DNA of 64,000 nucleotides from Strigamia acuminata (Eukaryota): NCBI GenBank assembly GCA_949358305.1, contig OX442314.1, positions 19,716,001 to 19,780,000 of the forward strand, read 5' to 3'. Shown piece by piece: positions 13,761 to 26,095 of this stretch (position 1 is its first letter; each line of letters starts with the position of its first letter). The notes under the pieces were generated by a model. It saw only the letters and a program-made list of their open reading frames with translations, ran no database searches and was not told where the DNA came from. The position numbers and the translations under genes were made by a program.

Positions 13761-14084
13761 ATGGCAGGTTTGTTTTATTATTTACAATTTAAATATATTT
13801 TATTCACATTTTATGAAAAATTCTTTACTTTTTTTCATTTAAACTCAGGTTTGAAGCTTACAGTTATGTTATTGATGATCGTTTTGATGGTATCTGCGAT
13901 TTCAGCAGCAAAAGATGACAATCCATTGTGTGATTCATGTTCAAGCTCTCCTAACCTGATGATTTCTTGTTGCAACGAGTACTCTAAATGTTGTGTGAAA
14001 GCTCAACAATTTTGTGAAAGTTGTAATAATAATTCAGTTTTGAAAAAATTCTGTTGTAGTCGGAAACAATTATGTTGCGATTAA
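13761..14084 (+). CDS. Small cysteine-rich (12 Cys) secreted peptide, paralog 2
   Basis: Exon ATGGCAG 13761-13767, intron 13768-13848, exon 13849-14084; MAGLKLTVMLLMIVLMVSAISA signal peptide then two CxxC-x9-CC-x5-CC modules. Confidence 0.88.
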   Translation: MAGLFYYLQFKYILFTFYEKFFTFFHLNSGLKLTVMLLMIVLMVSAISAAKDDNPLCDSCSSSPNLMISCCNEYSKCCVKAQQFCESCNNNSVLKKFCCSRKQLCCD

Positions 14085-14882
14085 ATAAAGAAAACTGTTG
14101 GTGGAATTATCGTCGTATTTTTTGTTACGGTATTTTGAATAGTGGATGGACATCGCGTGATTAGCGGAGAACCACACTAAAATAACAAAAGACGCACTGT
14201 ATTAAGTTTGATTAACCTTTATTCTGAGAATCTATGAGTCGGTGAATCTCTACTCCGTAGTTCAGTTCCCAATGCTTGGGTTGCTGCAAAGCCTATCTGG
14301 ATCGCTCAGGATTCGGAGGTTGTCGGAACCATCATCACTCAATTTAGGAACATGGCCACAACCATGGTCTACTTTAATTATTATTATTATTATCATTAAT
14401 GCGTTTTAATGCGAGACTGCGATGTAGATGAATCGTTAGCTTTAGGTAAATGGTTATTACTTTCTACCTACGAATTGAAAATTCAACATTTTCTTTTTAT
14501 TTTGTTCAGATTTGGGTCGTCACTCTCTTTATTTCCTCTTCAGTATGCCTTGTGGCTAAATCACGTGATATAGTTTTAATTTAATTGGAATGAAGTGCCT
14601 TTTCTCTCATTTATTGTGTGGATCATCTAATTTAAGTATCTAATATATTTGTTTTCAAATTATTAGCAAAGGTAAGTTTATTTCAGTAAGATAACTATTA
14701 GTTTTCGTACTTCTCGTTAAATAGGTCAATGTTTGAATGAATTTTTAAGGCCATTTCCTTTATCGTCTACATTTGGACCTATATTCTTGTCACTGCATTT
14801 ATGGCATTTTAATTTCTATTTTAATTAACAGGTTTCTCCCCTTCTGTCTTTACTCAACTACAGCTCACCAAAAAATATAATC

Positions 14883-15176
14883 ATGGCTAGACGGATTGTT
14901 TTTTTACTTTGCTTCCAATTGTGTGTGAGCTTCAGCTCTGCAGATGATATCAAAACTGAAACTTCAACCTCCAATTTAATCCGCATATTATCCGACATTC
15001 CCGTGACGTGCTACAGATGTTCTGGACCAGCGGACGCGTTGTTTCCTTGTTGCAAAAAACATAACATTTGTTGTAAAGATATGATACATTTTTGTCCCGT
15101 TGATAATTGTAAAGAAGATCCTGAACTAGTTAAATTTTGTTGTAATAAACTGAACAAATGTTGTAAGAACAAGTAA
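14883..15176 (+). CDS. Small cysteine-rich secreted peptide, paralog 3
   Basis: Signal peptide MARRIVFLLCFQLCVSFSSA, spacer, CYRC-x9-CC-x5-CC and CPVDNC-x9-CC-x5-CC; plausible 5'UTR intron 14672-14831 and 3'UTR intron 15199-15280, AATAAA ~15375. Confidence 0.88.
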   Translation: MARRIVFLLCFQLCVSFSSADDIKTETSTSNLIRILSDIPVTCYRCSGPADALFPCCKKHNICCKDMIHFCPVDNCKEDPELVKFCCNKLNKCCKNK

Positions 15177-17489
15177 TAAGACATGTACAATTTTACAGGT
15201 GAGTTTTATTTTTTGGCTTCTTAATTACATGGCACTATTTTTCTATTATTAACAGTTTTTACAATTTTTATAATAAATAGGGTAGGTGTTTTGATTCGCA
15301 GAATTTGATAGTACACTATTTTCTTATTCCACTGGTGCTGATTACGAGTGAAATCGACACGGAAAAGTTGTTAAAATAAATAAATAACGTAATTAATATC
15401 TCTTTTAAGGTTGCTTTTAATAAGAAGTCTCATTGACCCTCATATTCTGGTGTATTTACAGCGAGGTCATATTTTTTTTATAATTACTGTTTTGACACAC
15501 CTGAGCAGTTGAAATTACTATAACTTTAAGTGGTCATTGACTTTTTTTGAGGGTTAACGAGAATACTAAAAAAAATCAGGTGACAAGTTTTCACTATCAA
15601 AAGCCTGCTAATTGAATTGCAAATCTTCAATCAGCCCAGTTTTTTCTGAATTAATTTTGCAAGCTGAAGAATGCTGAAATTGTGAGTTAATTTTTTTGAT
15701 GTGTTTATTGCATTGGACTAATAACTCAAGTTCTAACTTACACAATACTGTAATGATTGGTGTGTATTTATAGACTTTAATACCGTCAAAGTGTTGGACT
15801 CAAATTTTAAAATAACACCTTTTGAGAATCTAGTTTTTTAAGGCTATTTATTCAGGACAACCTTGCATATTGAATATCTCTTTTTTATAGAAACAAAAAG
15901 TCAAGTTTTTCACGTGAATTGAGTGTTAAAATTTCTATTTAAAAAAACAAAAACCAAAAAACACTAATATTGATCAATTATAAATATCGAATTCTTATCA
16001 AAATAAATACAAGCTTTATTTATTTATTTATTTATAATAAAAGCTTTAAATGTAAAGTTTTCAAATGTAATCGAACTATATTGGCTGTATTACGACCAAC
16101 TTTTGTTTTCATATTTCCATTATCTTTGTAACTCGATCTGGTCCAACAAGTTTTTTCCCTTCCTACCTATTATTCATAAGGATAGCTTACCTACTTTCAA
16201 TTCTCTTTACCTTCACGTTACAAGAATAATTAATACATTAAATCGTCTTTTCACCCTTAATACACTCTACATGCAAATTAAATTTGCCGATATTTATTAA
16301 TTAATGAAAAACTTTGGACAAATCTGGCATCTTTGATTTAAAACTATGTGAAGGATTTTGATATCGGCACATTTAGAGCGAGGTTAATATTCGAACGGTG
16401 GCACAAAGCAGTTCAATTATCCCACTTAATGGTTTCCAGCTTTTAAAATATTTTTCAAATTTTAAGTGAGATATCTTTTACTTTACAATTGCGTGATTAG
16501 GGTCAAGGAAAGCAGTGAAACTTTTTTCTCTCGGAAGAATGCATTATGTGGGTGGTTAAAAACATGGAGAAACTAGAATGATGCACGAGCCAAACGCATT
16601 CCTGGGGTCACAAAAGATATGGTAGGTGGAAGGTCAGTTGTAAAGTCGCACTCTGATTGGTTTAAATGTGATTTGTACGTCAGTTGCACTATAAAACTAA
16701 TGCCCGACTTTCACAGGGGCATGCTTACTTGAGGACTACTTAGAGCCTACATACGTGCATCATTTTAAAGGGTTTAAGCATACGTACATACCATACACAT
16801 AATAAGGTAAGAAGTTTTTTTTTGAATTGATATATTAACAATGATCTACCGCAACCAAATTTAGATTTCATTGGGTTTTATTTTGACACCAATTTTTCCT
16901 TTATTTTGGTTTATGTCAGTCTTTAAAATTACATAAAGGCTTGATACAAATACCAAATGTATTGTGGTCTGAGTAATTGAACAAACAAACAAACAATAGT
17001 AGTATAAAATATAATTTACTCATTTTTCTTTCCGATAAAATTTATTGGAAAGATGCGCATCATTGCATTGCAGAAAAGCTTCACTGCAGGCGGGCAATTT
17101 CTCAAATGAGGTTAATGAACTGCAGTTGAGAAATGCATTCATTTGGAAGGAAAACTAAATCAACACAAATAAAATTCTGTTAAATTCGAACAACTTTAAC
17201 ATTAATTAATGATATTGATGCCTGTTGTCCTTCAACTACATTACACAGATTACGAAGAGAGAAATTTGTGCGAGTGGGTAAACCTGTCTCTTGCCCTGTT
17301 CGATTGCAAAAACCGGTTTTTGCTTTTTTCATTTCTTTTTTTTGGGTGACAACAAGTTTGTGGAATGTAGGTCGTAGAGAAATTTCTTTATTATGTCTTT
17401 TTTTATTATACATATTTGTCATATTAAAGAAAACAATTTTATATTGAGCATTTTTTCTTATCTCTTTTCAGGTGTTGTTAAAGTGTCAA

Positions 17490-20400
17490 ATGCGGTTGAT
17501 TCAACTGTTGTTCGCCATATTGGCGATTTCTTGTGTCTGTTTGGTTCGAGCACAAGAAGAAGAGATCGCAGAAGATGAATTTGAAGTAACTGAGCCACCT
17601 CGTTTCTTAATTAGGCCTCGAAGGCCTTTGAAAATAAATCGCTCGACTTCCAAACCGTCGGCTGTTGACGATTCAGACATCGAGAAAAATCAGACATCAA
17701 TTACATCCACAACAAAACCTGTTACCAAAAGACCATCACGATCCAGAAGCAAGACAACAACCGCCAAAGTGACCTCTATTGATAAAAATGCGAATGTAAC
17801 TGCAACTGCAACGAAACGACCATCTAATTCTAAATCGAGAAATCGCAGCAATCGAAATAGAAATAGGAATAGCAATAGGAGCAAAAGTAGGTCTCGGACG
17901 ACTGCACAATTATCAGATGAAGAAGGAATTTCGAGCACAAGTGCTACAACTAAAAATGGCAGGCGTCGAGGAAACACCGGTAGAAGGACGACGACACCAA
18001 AGACCGTTGTGGAAGAGATTACGAAATCTAGAACTACTAAATCGAGAGCAAGCAGCAACAGAAAGAGAACAACAACACCCAAACCCACAACTCAAAGTGT
18101 AACTGAGGAGGTTCTCGAACTAAAGACAAGGAAACCAGCTGTCAAAAGCCAACGTTTTCAACCTCGTCCATTACCTATCATTAAAAATCCATCGTCAATT
18201 TCATCAAATATTGTCGGAACAACACCTTCGTCTATCCACATTACGTTGCCTCAAGCTGAGATTAAACCTTTGACCACAAAAAGGGTTGAGGATGATGAAC
18301 AGTTTGAAGAAATACCTTTAAAACGACCTGTTTCTTCTTTACCTATGGAAGGGGCAATTATTGATGAAGAACCACTCAAATCATTTTCTGCTAGACCATT
18401 ACCCAGTGATCGATTCAGATGGGAACCGATTGAAACGCCCCAAAAATTTGATGCTTCTACAAAAAAACCTAAAGAAATGCTTAAAGAGGAACAGAAGGAA
18501 CCAATTGAAGATGAAGAAGAAGAGGCCACAACACCGTCACCTATCGTACAGAATAAACTAAGGCCGTTTCGACCCATTCTTTCGAGAACAAGTCCACCAT
18601 CACTTCCCAGTGTAACAAAACCATCTGACAGTGAAGACGAGGAAGAATTAAATTCATTTTCTAAGCCAGTTGATAAGTCGTCGTCGTCTGCACCAGTTGG
18701 AGTTCCTCCAAAACCAATTGGTCCCGTTTCTTTCCGACCACGCCCAAAAAAATTGCCCGAGAAAGAGACAGCTGGTGATAATAAATTTAAGTCTTCTAAA
18801 TCAACCAGTCCAAGACCCAGTCGGCTTAAACCGTCAACAAAACAGGCGTTCGTGCCATCATCATCCAGAACTCCTAAGGCCATCAAAATCAATGACAAGA
18901 TCGAAAACGGTCCTCTAGATAAAAATCAAAACATAGATGATGATGAGGAAGATTTTATTACCACATCGCATGCCAGAACACCATATCCTTTACGGTTGGA
19001 TGATGGAACTTACTTGGGAAAACCTAATATGAAGGCAAAACGACCATCAGCGATATTTTCGCCGTTTGAAGAAGACGACTTGGAAGAGGAAAAACCTTTA
19101 AAACCAACGGAGTCAGTTTTTAAGTTAAGAGATGATAGGCGTTCATTCCGGGTCAAACCGTCAAGTGATGACAACCTTTTTGAAAGTCGAACTACTAAGC
19201 CAATCCCTCGAAATCAGCACACAACTTTTAGGTCACGAAACTCCCACCCCACAGTCGTTCCATCAACCTTCAGACCTTCAAAACTCATTGTAACGTCAAC
19301 ACCCATTAATCAGGAAAGGTCACCGCCAAAAGTACGAGCTAAACCTAAAATTGTTGATGAAGAAGCTGAGGACATAGAAATTACGCAGAAAGATGATAAA
19401 ATGATGAGAGATAGTAAAATGACGAGGGGTCATAAAATGTCAAAAGACTCGAGTATGACAAGCGGGAAAAAGATGAAAAACGAAAAAATGATGACTGACG
19501 AAAAGACGATGACTGACGAAAAGATGACCACGGACGAAAAGATGATGACTGACGAAGAAATGACGACTGACGATGAAAATATGAGGACGGACGGAAAAAA
19601 GATGAAAGACGAAAAGATGATGACTGACAAGGAAATGACGACTGACGATGAAAATATGAGGACGGACGGAAAAAAGATGAAAGACGAAAAGATGATGAAA
19701 GAAGCAAAACCGATGAAAAGCGAGGAAAAGATGAAAGACGAAATGATGATGACTGATGACAGAAGATCCAATTCCAAAGATGGTTTAATCGATGATGGTT
19801 TTAATTCTCCCATATCAGTGCCTCCCAGGTCAAGATATTTAAATTTTACTAAAATTCCCAGCGCTGATGAAGCACCACCGATACGGGAAGATCCGTTTTC
19901 TGTTCCTACGCCTGACATCGGTAGAATACCAACCGAAGACGATGAACTTTTAGTGCCAGCTATTCGCAAAGAAAATATTCCAGCACTGTACGAGGGCCCA
20001 TTAGTTCCAGCATTGCCAAGAAGACAAAATGTCGGAATACTTACTTTAGAACCAATTACTCCCAGGTTTAATTTCGGTGATGATGATTTTGATAGCTTGG
20101 ATCTTCCTTCTACTCGAAAATTGCCCTCTTTAAAGCCTGCAGTGACAACAACGTTACCAAGCGTTTCTATAAGTAATGCAAAACAAATAGCACCAATGCA
20201 GGTTGGGATCGAGAGTCCATTTTTCGTGATTAGAAAACCTGTAAATCAATCTGCTTCAGAAATGGCAAAACCGCCGACAGCAAGAAGCAGAAATCCAATT
20301 ATTTTAGACGAGGGAAATCAAAATCCAAAAACATTAGCTGCAGCTTTGCCTTCTGTAGATCGTAAAAGTGCTCCTGCTTCCGATCTTCCTGTCGATGAAC

Positions 20401-20528
20401 GATCCACCAAAAATATGAATTTGAAATCAAGAGTGGTCTCAACAATGGCACCAATTGTTGAATTACCAAGTCAAGCAGATATATTTGACGACGCTGAAGA
20501 ATACGAAGAGTACGACGATGAAGTGTAA
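17490..20528 (+). CDS. Secreted low-complexity (Thr/Ser/Pro/Arg/Lys/Glu-rich) mucin-like protein, ~1012 aa, single coding exon
   Basis: 3-kb ORF after acceptor at 17471; signal peptide MRLIQLLFAILAISCVCLVRA; no Cys after the signal; candidate TATAAAA ~16690 and non-coding first-exon donor ~16807. Confidence 0.85.
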   Translation: MRLIQLLFAILAISCVCLVRAQEEEIAEDEFEVTEPPRFLIRPRRPLKINRSTSKPSAVDDSDIEKNQTSITSTTKPVTKRPSRSRSKTTTAKVTSIDKNANVTATATKRPSNSKSRNRSNRNRNRNSNRSKSRSRTTAQLSDEEGISSTSATTKNGRRRGNTGRRTTTPKTVVEEITKSRTTKSRASSNRKRTTTPKPTTQSVTEEVLELKTRKPAVKSQRFQPRPLPIIKNPSSISSNIVGTTPSSIHITLPQAEIKPLTTKRVEDDEQFEEIPLKRPVSSLPMEGAIIDEEPLKSFSARPLPSDRFRWEPIETPQKFDASTKKPKEMLKEEQKEPIEDEEEEATTPSPIVQNKLRPFRPILSRTSPPSLPSVTKPSDSEDEEELNSFSKPVDKSSSSAPVGVPPKPIGPVSFRPRPKKLPEKETAGDNKFKSSKSTSPRPSRLKPSTKQAFVPSSSRTPKAIKINDKIENGPLDKNQNIDDDEEDFITTSHARTPYPLRLDDGTYLGKPNMKAKRPSAIFSPFEEDDLEEEKPLKPTESVFKLRDDRRSFRVKPSSDDNLFESRTTKPIPRNQHTTFRSRNSHPTVVPSTFRPSKLIVTSTPINQERSPPKVRAKPKIVDEEAEDIEITQKDDKMMRDSKMTRGHKMSKDSSMTSGKKMKNEKMMTDEKTMTDEKMTTDEKMMTDEEMTTDDENMRTDGKKMKDEKMMTDKEMTTDDENMRTDGKKMKDEKMMKEAKPMKSEEKMKDEMMMTDDRRSNSKDGLIDDGFNSPISVPPRSRYLNFTKIPSADEAPPIREDPFSVPTPDIGRIPTEDDELLVPAIRKENIPALYEGPLVPALPRRQNVGILTLEPITPRFNFGDDDFDSLDLPSTRKLPSLKPAVTTTLPSVSISNAKQIAPMQVGIESPFFVIRKPVNQSASEMAKPPTARSRNPIILDEGNQNPKTLAAALPSVDRKSAPASDLPVDERSTKNMNLKSRVVSTMAPIVELPSQADIFDDAEEYEEYDDEV
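19392..19760 (+). repeat. Coding tandem repeat: 18-nt MTDEKM-like units plus a 75-nt duplication
   Basis: DEKMMTDEKTMTDEKMTTDEKMMTDEEMTT...; 19533-19607 and 19608-19682 differ at 2 nt. Confidence 0.9.
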
Positions 20529-21988
20529 AAAAGTTATCAAAGTTAAATTGTTTATTGAATGAATAATTTTAATTTGTATGTTTTTATTGACATCTTTGCA
20601 TTGAAGACATTTATCTTCATAATGAATTGTAACACCGCTTTTTTTATTTTTTATTTTTGGAAGGCTTTATCAACACATGTTATTTCACAAAGTTACAATA
20701 AAATAATCAAAAGAATGCTCATAATTTCAGAGCATTAAAAAACTTATTTTTGGAAATAAAATTACTGTCACGGTTGTGAAAATTGTTTTTTCAAGATAAT
20801 CCCGCTTAATATTTCTTCTTGCAACCTTCTGAGCCTGATGATACAGTATTAACTTGCTACCAAATTCCTGGATTTGCCAAAATTTAATCTCAGCTAAAGA
20901 ATCCTGATGATGAGACGGACGTACGTTCGGGGCTTCATCTATGAGCCAACTATAAAATTAAGAGAAAACTTCTTGGCGAGAAACTTGGTTTGTGTTATTT
21001 GGTTCCAGCCTAAGTATTTCAAGAACGTGTTTTGAAAATATTTTGATACTTTATTTTATTTTAATTGGTGTGAAGACTTGTCTTAAAACTTGTTTTTTAA
21101 AAACAGAACGTATGGATGCGCCATTTAATATGAAAAAAATAAACGATTTTTAAATTGTCAATAATATTAATCCAACGGCGGGTTAGTTCAGGTTTCTTGT
21201 ACGCTCTCTGGTATTCCAATTGAACTTTGGGAGACTTTCTTAATTTTCCAGATAAAGAGCAGAATTACAAACTGGCGAAAAAAGTGATGCACGGAGAGGA
21301 AACATCTTATTCATGCTGCCTGTAACTGCAACACTAACACAACATAACTGAAAATCAAATGAACAGCAAGATTTCAAACGCACAATACAGATATGTCGAA
21401 TTTACTTAAGCATAAGATACGTAAAATCGTACCATGCACTCCGGTCCATTCATCCCATCTGATTTGTTGCTGAATGAATACCTAATGACAGATTAAACCT
21501 GTAGTGAAAGTAAAGTAATTAAAACAAATGGCACGCGAAAACATGAGAGATGAAACGCTAATAAAGTAGAAGTCTAAAGGTCGAACGGAGAAACGCAAAC
21601 AGAAAAGAAGAAAGCCGAAACAGAAGAAAGTAAAAAAAAAACTAAATGGAACAAAAAAATAAGATAAAACTCATCGAAACTCACGACGTGCTTCCGCCGC
21701 CAAGGCGAAATCACTAATGACCAAAACCGAGCGCAAAAGATGAAATGCAAAATAGCAAAACTTCGGTACAACAATTTGCATAGCAATCACACGACAGAAT
21801 GGAAATTTGCGTTTGCGTCTGGTGGAAGAAAGTGAAAGTTGCTTTTATAACTTAAAAAAAAAAACAAAAACCTACCAGTAGTTTATTTTTGCAGGGGCCC
21901 CGATTGATTACATAACTAAGCAAGCATTATTGTAAAATCTATTTAATTCCATTCGCTATGATAAAATTACAGGTGACAAGTTTAAAAA

Positions 21989-24900
21989 TTAACGATCCGT
22001 TGCTTCAGCAATCCCGTACATATCCTTAAGTAAACGGCCGTAGGTCGGTGATAAAAAATCTTTCGGAGGCGAATAGGAAGTTTGTTCCCCTACGTAGACA
22101 AAACTGAAGTTACGCAATTAAGGCAATTACAAATGACCAACATTCAAAAAATAAATTCCTTCCAGAATTTGTAATAAATGAAAAAGGATACGGCAATCTC
22201 AAAATCCAATAAGCTGACTGAGAAAGCGGAACCGGCTCGGAGTTCCCGAGACAAAATGTTGGACAAGATTCAGGAGCCGGCTTTACTCGTGGATTAAGAG
22301 TAACGTGAACAGGAGCCTTTGGCGTCACTACATGTACACGCATCAGTTGAGCTATATTCGCTTTGCCGCTCCTAAAACAATTATAAGCCAAATTAAAAAA
22401 TAATTAAAACATACTAACAACTAAGACTGTTCGACAACTCACCTACACGGACATGGAAAGTATAGAGGCATGTCGGATGATGTTATTTTATTAGCATTAT
22501 CCTAAACAATTCGAAACAAAGTTTAAAAAGCGGATTATAATAAGTTTTTGTGAAGTTACTTTGACTAATCCAGTACCAGTAGCTTTGAGCACTTTGTCCG
22601 GTGCCGAACAAATAAACCGATGACCCCGAGGACATTCGTATTCCACTCCGAGAAATATTTTAACAGTAAGTTCGGAAAAATCTGAAACAAAAGTTACATA
22701 CAGCGCAAGTTTTACCTATTTGAGAAACTACTAACTACCTTTATTACTTTTTTTATTTTTGTGCAGATGAGCTTTTTTCCCGGAAACGGATTCAGAAATT
22801 GCCGGCCATTTTTCTTTATTCTCCATTTTTACCGTCACATCCCACGGTAGCAGAAAATTTGTTCCGGATATAAATCCAGGTTGGTCTTGAATTCCTTCAA
22901 GCCCAATAAAACAGTCACCAATCACTGCGCTATTACTTCATCCAATCCTTAATCCTACCTATGTTATGCGAGTAAAGACTCGAAGGTCCTAAACACACCA
23001 ACGACCACGATGGAAATTTAGGTAAAAGTCCCGGAGGAGATTCTGTATGCAGCATTCCTGGTAAATATTCTGTCGTGGAAGGTTGTCTGACTAACGGTTT
23101 ATCTTTTTGTTAGCAGAAAAACAAAAAATTGTAAATTCCTACTATTTTTTTTTTCAATAAAAATACCCCTGGCTTGTTGAATGACTTCCGTTACTTCTAA
23201 AACCAATTCTGCCTGTTCTTCAGTCGGACTCGTTTCTTGCGTGGGAATTAAATGCGACGATGATTCATCTTGAGGCAAAATACCTTCACTGCACTCAGAC
23301 TGACCTGGGCAAACAAGTTGAATAATCAAGTGTACATTTTGCTGGCGTTTTTGGCAAATTTTCTTACCTAAACTTAAAGGTAGACTCATCGTAGGGGTGC
23401 TTATGCTTTCCCTATCCAGTTTCGTAGGGGTCTCTCGCTTGATGGTTGTTAGTGGTGAACGTGGTGGTAATGTTATCCGAGCTGCTTTAAAGTCCTTAAT
23501 ACTCGGTTGAAAAACAGGAAAATCAATTTTCTCCAAAGTTGCGCAACATTCCTCTTGCATTTTTCGATAAAAATCAAAATTTCCCGCTTTGGCATCAAAC
23601 GGATCGTCTTTAGTAGACTGCTGACGACCACAGTCACAAGCACTTATGAGTTTAAACTGACTAGCATGATTCGTAACTGGCAAGTGTTTATTGGTTTCAT
23701 CTTCAATGAAGTCATGCAACCGATGCAGCTGTATAATAAAACAAAAAAAATCAAATGACTAAATCCCCAAAAATACGATAGTAATATATTACTGGATTGA
23801 TGCAATGATTTCCTGTTAAACTGATCACTTCGCACAGTTGTCTCCCGTTTTTCCAAAATCGTTCACACTCTTCCTTTAATTGCTGAGCATACCGGTCGAA
23901 TACAGGTCCACGAGCGTGCAAAGTAAATATATGCAAGGCCTGCGCCAACTGAAAATATATCATCATTGGTGCAATTTAATTTTAATCCATATTTTTTTTT
24001 GTTTCCTTTAAAATATATATACCTTTGACAAATGATAATCATTCGTGTAATGAGAAGGTAAATTCTCTTGATAGGCAGCGGAAGCAATTGGCAACACCTT
24101 TCCGCAACGTCTATTGCAGCAAAATAACAGTATTTATTTTATTTCTTACTTACTAAGAATTTTCAAATACAATTGATAATCGTTTAAATAATAATCGTCT
24201 TTTAGCACACCCTTCTGAGAATTTCCCATCAATGTCAATCAGTGTTCGCAACGTGTTCAAAATTCCAAATCCGTGAGATTCTTTTTCATCGGTAATAAGG
24301 AATGCGTATAATTTGTTGGCAATTTCCATCCACACTTTGCAATTAGGTAGCTAAAAATTAAAAATTAAGTGTTAATATTTTATATTCCAGGTTTGAATAA
24401 TTCTAGCACACCTCAAAATAAGCTGCAGTTGGATGTCTACCGACGTTATCGTCAAAACCCTTTGTCAAAGCTAATTCCACATGTTGCCCTACAAATGATG
24501 TTAAACTATGCTCGCCTTTCATTTGATATCTACTATCCAAAAAGCCATTATTGCTTGACGTTTGAAATTTATGTTTCTCGTCTGCAGTTAAGTAAGAATA
24601 AAATATCATTAATAACATTTTTAACTGATTAAAAAAAAAAGCATTAAATCGATTACTCTCTTTGACTTCTGATCCAAAACACTGCTCGTGTAATCGATTG
24701 AGAAAATATCCGACCAAATCCGTGTTTTGTTCATAGTCTGAAGTCATCACGTAAACAAATTCTTGGTTCGCAGGTATAGCAAATAACGAATTGCCACTAA
24801 TATTTGTGATTATACGACTTTTTCGCAAAATTCTGTAAATCTGATCTTCTAGTGCATGTTCTAATTTCTTAATTGGTGGCAATTTCTGTAAATAAAATAA

Positions 24901-26091
24901 AAAAGTAAGAAAAAAAAAACAAAAACAAAAAACAGTCCATATTAATTAATGTTTTTACTTGAGACTTAAGTTTACTTCGAACCGAACTGTCACTAACTCC
25001 ATCGTATCTAGGGTCTAACAGACAAGACTGAAATATAAACAAGGCTCTTGGAGAACATGGTCGTGCAGCTTGAATCCAATCGTTGGAAACTGTAAACTCT
25101 CGAATAATGTCAGATATATGTGGTTGTAATTTTTGCCTGCAAACAATAAAAAATTGTAACATATAATTCAAATCTCGTGAGAAACGTGTTATACCGGATT
25201 GTATCTAGCGTTCGAAACAGATGTAAATAACTAACATCAAATGAGGATCCTGGGTGAACAATCTGAGCAACATATATGTTAATTAGTACCGATTACTCAC
25301 TCGAAAAAATATTTTTTTACCAAAATAATATGACAAATTGAAAACAGTAGCAACAATGCTTTGGCATGAGTAAACTTCATGTTGGCAAACACATGGAGAT
25401 ACCCCTAAAATATAAATATATACTTGTAAATTTTCTAAATGATTAGAATTTTTTCCTTAAAATTTACTAACCTTCTCTGTTAATTCGGAATAAAATTTCT
25501 TGCATAATAAACTGAGATTATAAGCGTCAAATATTCCAATCAAATGAACATAGATAACATGCTGCGACTCATCGTAGAAACATTCTAATGAACACTATAA
25601 AAATTGAATTTAAAACATTAATTCATACCGATGCAAACAATGCGATTATCGTACATCGTTCGCGGAATTGACATCTCCATCTGCAAATATTTTATTCTAA
25701 AAAAAAAAGTGTGATAAATAAATTTATTTTAAACGATCAATTTTACACGCAACAAACCTGAAATACTTGTCTTTGTAATAGTTCGTCAATCAATAATGCT
25801 TTTCCACCTTGAGGATGCAGACTGCTCTTTCCTACGACCCCAACTACGCACACCTTTTCAGATTTGTTAGAAAAAGATCTACAACGGCATAAATAAATTG
25901 AAGTAAACAAATGGTTCAAACCCCAAATCCGTATCAACTTAAAAAAAATTATTTTAAGCTAACAGTTGCATTGAAATATTAACACTAAAAAAGCTTATAG
26001 AGTATCTTAAAAGTATCTTTGAATGTATAAACACTTACGGGAGATCAATTTTAAGTGGAAATGTATATTTCCCTTGCCAGGGCGCCGCCAT
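21989..26091 (-). CDS. SMG8: Nonsense-mediated mRNA decay factor SMG8, ~20 exons
   Basis: Start [13 protein letters not shown] at 26091; [69 protein letters not shown]...[83 protein letters not shown]; stop TAA at 21991-21989. Confidence 0.96.
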
Positions 26092-26095
26092 TTTC
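26084..26095 (-). promoter_or_regulatory. YY1/Pho-type motif (AAAATGGCGGC) overlapping the SMG8 start codon
   Basis: Minus strand reads GAAAATGGCGGC, matching the YY1 core AANATGGCG; function is inferred only. Confidence 0.4.

Noticed and set aside
19392..19760. CRISPR-like array
   Set aside because: Contiguous coding repeats with no spacers, in a eukaryotic genome.
5845..19969. Antisense and alternative-frame ORFs over RERE and the mucin-like gene
   Set aside because: Shadows of low-complexity coding sequence.
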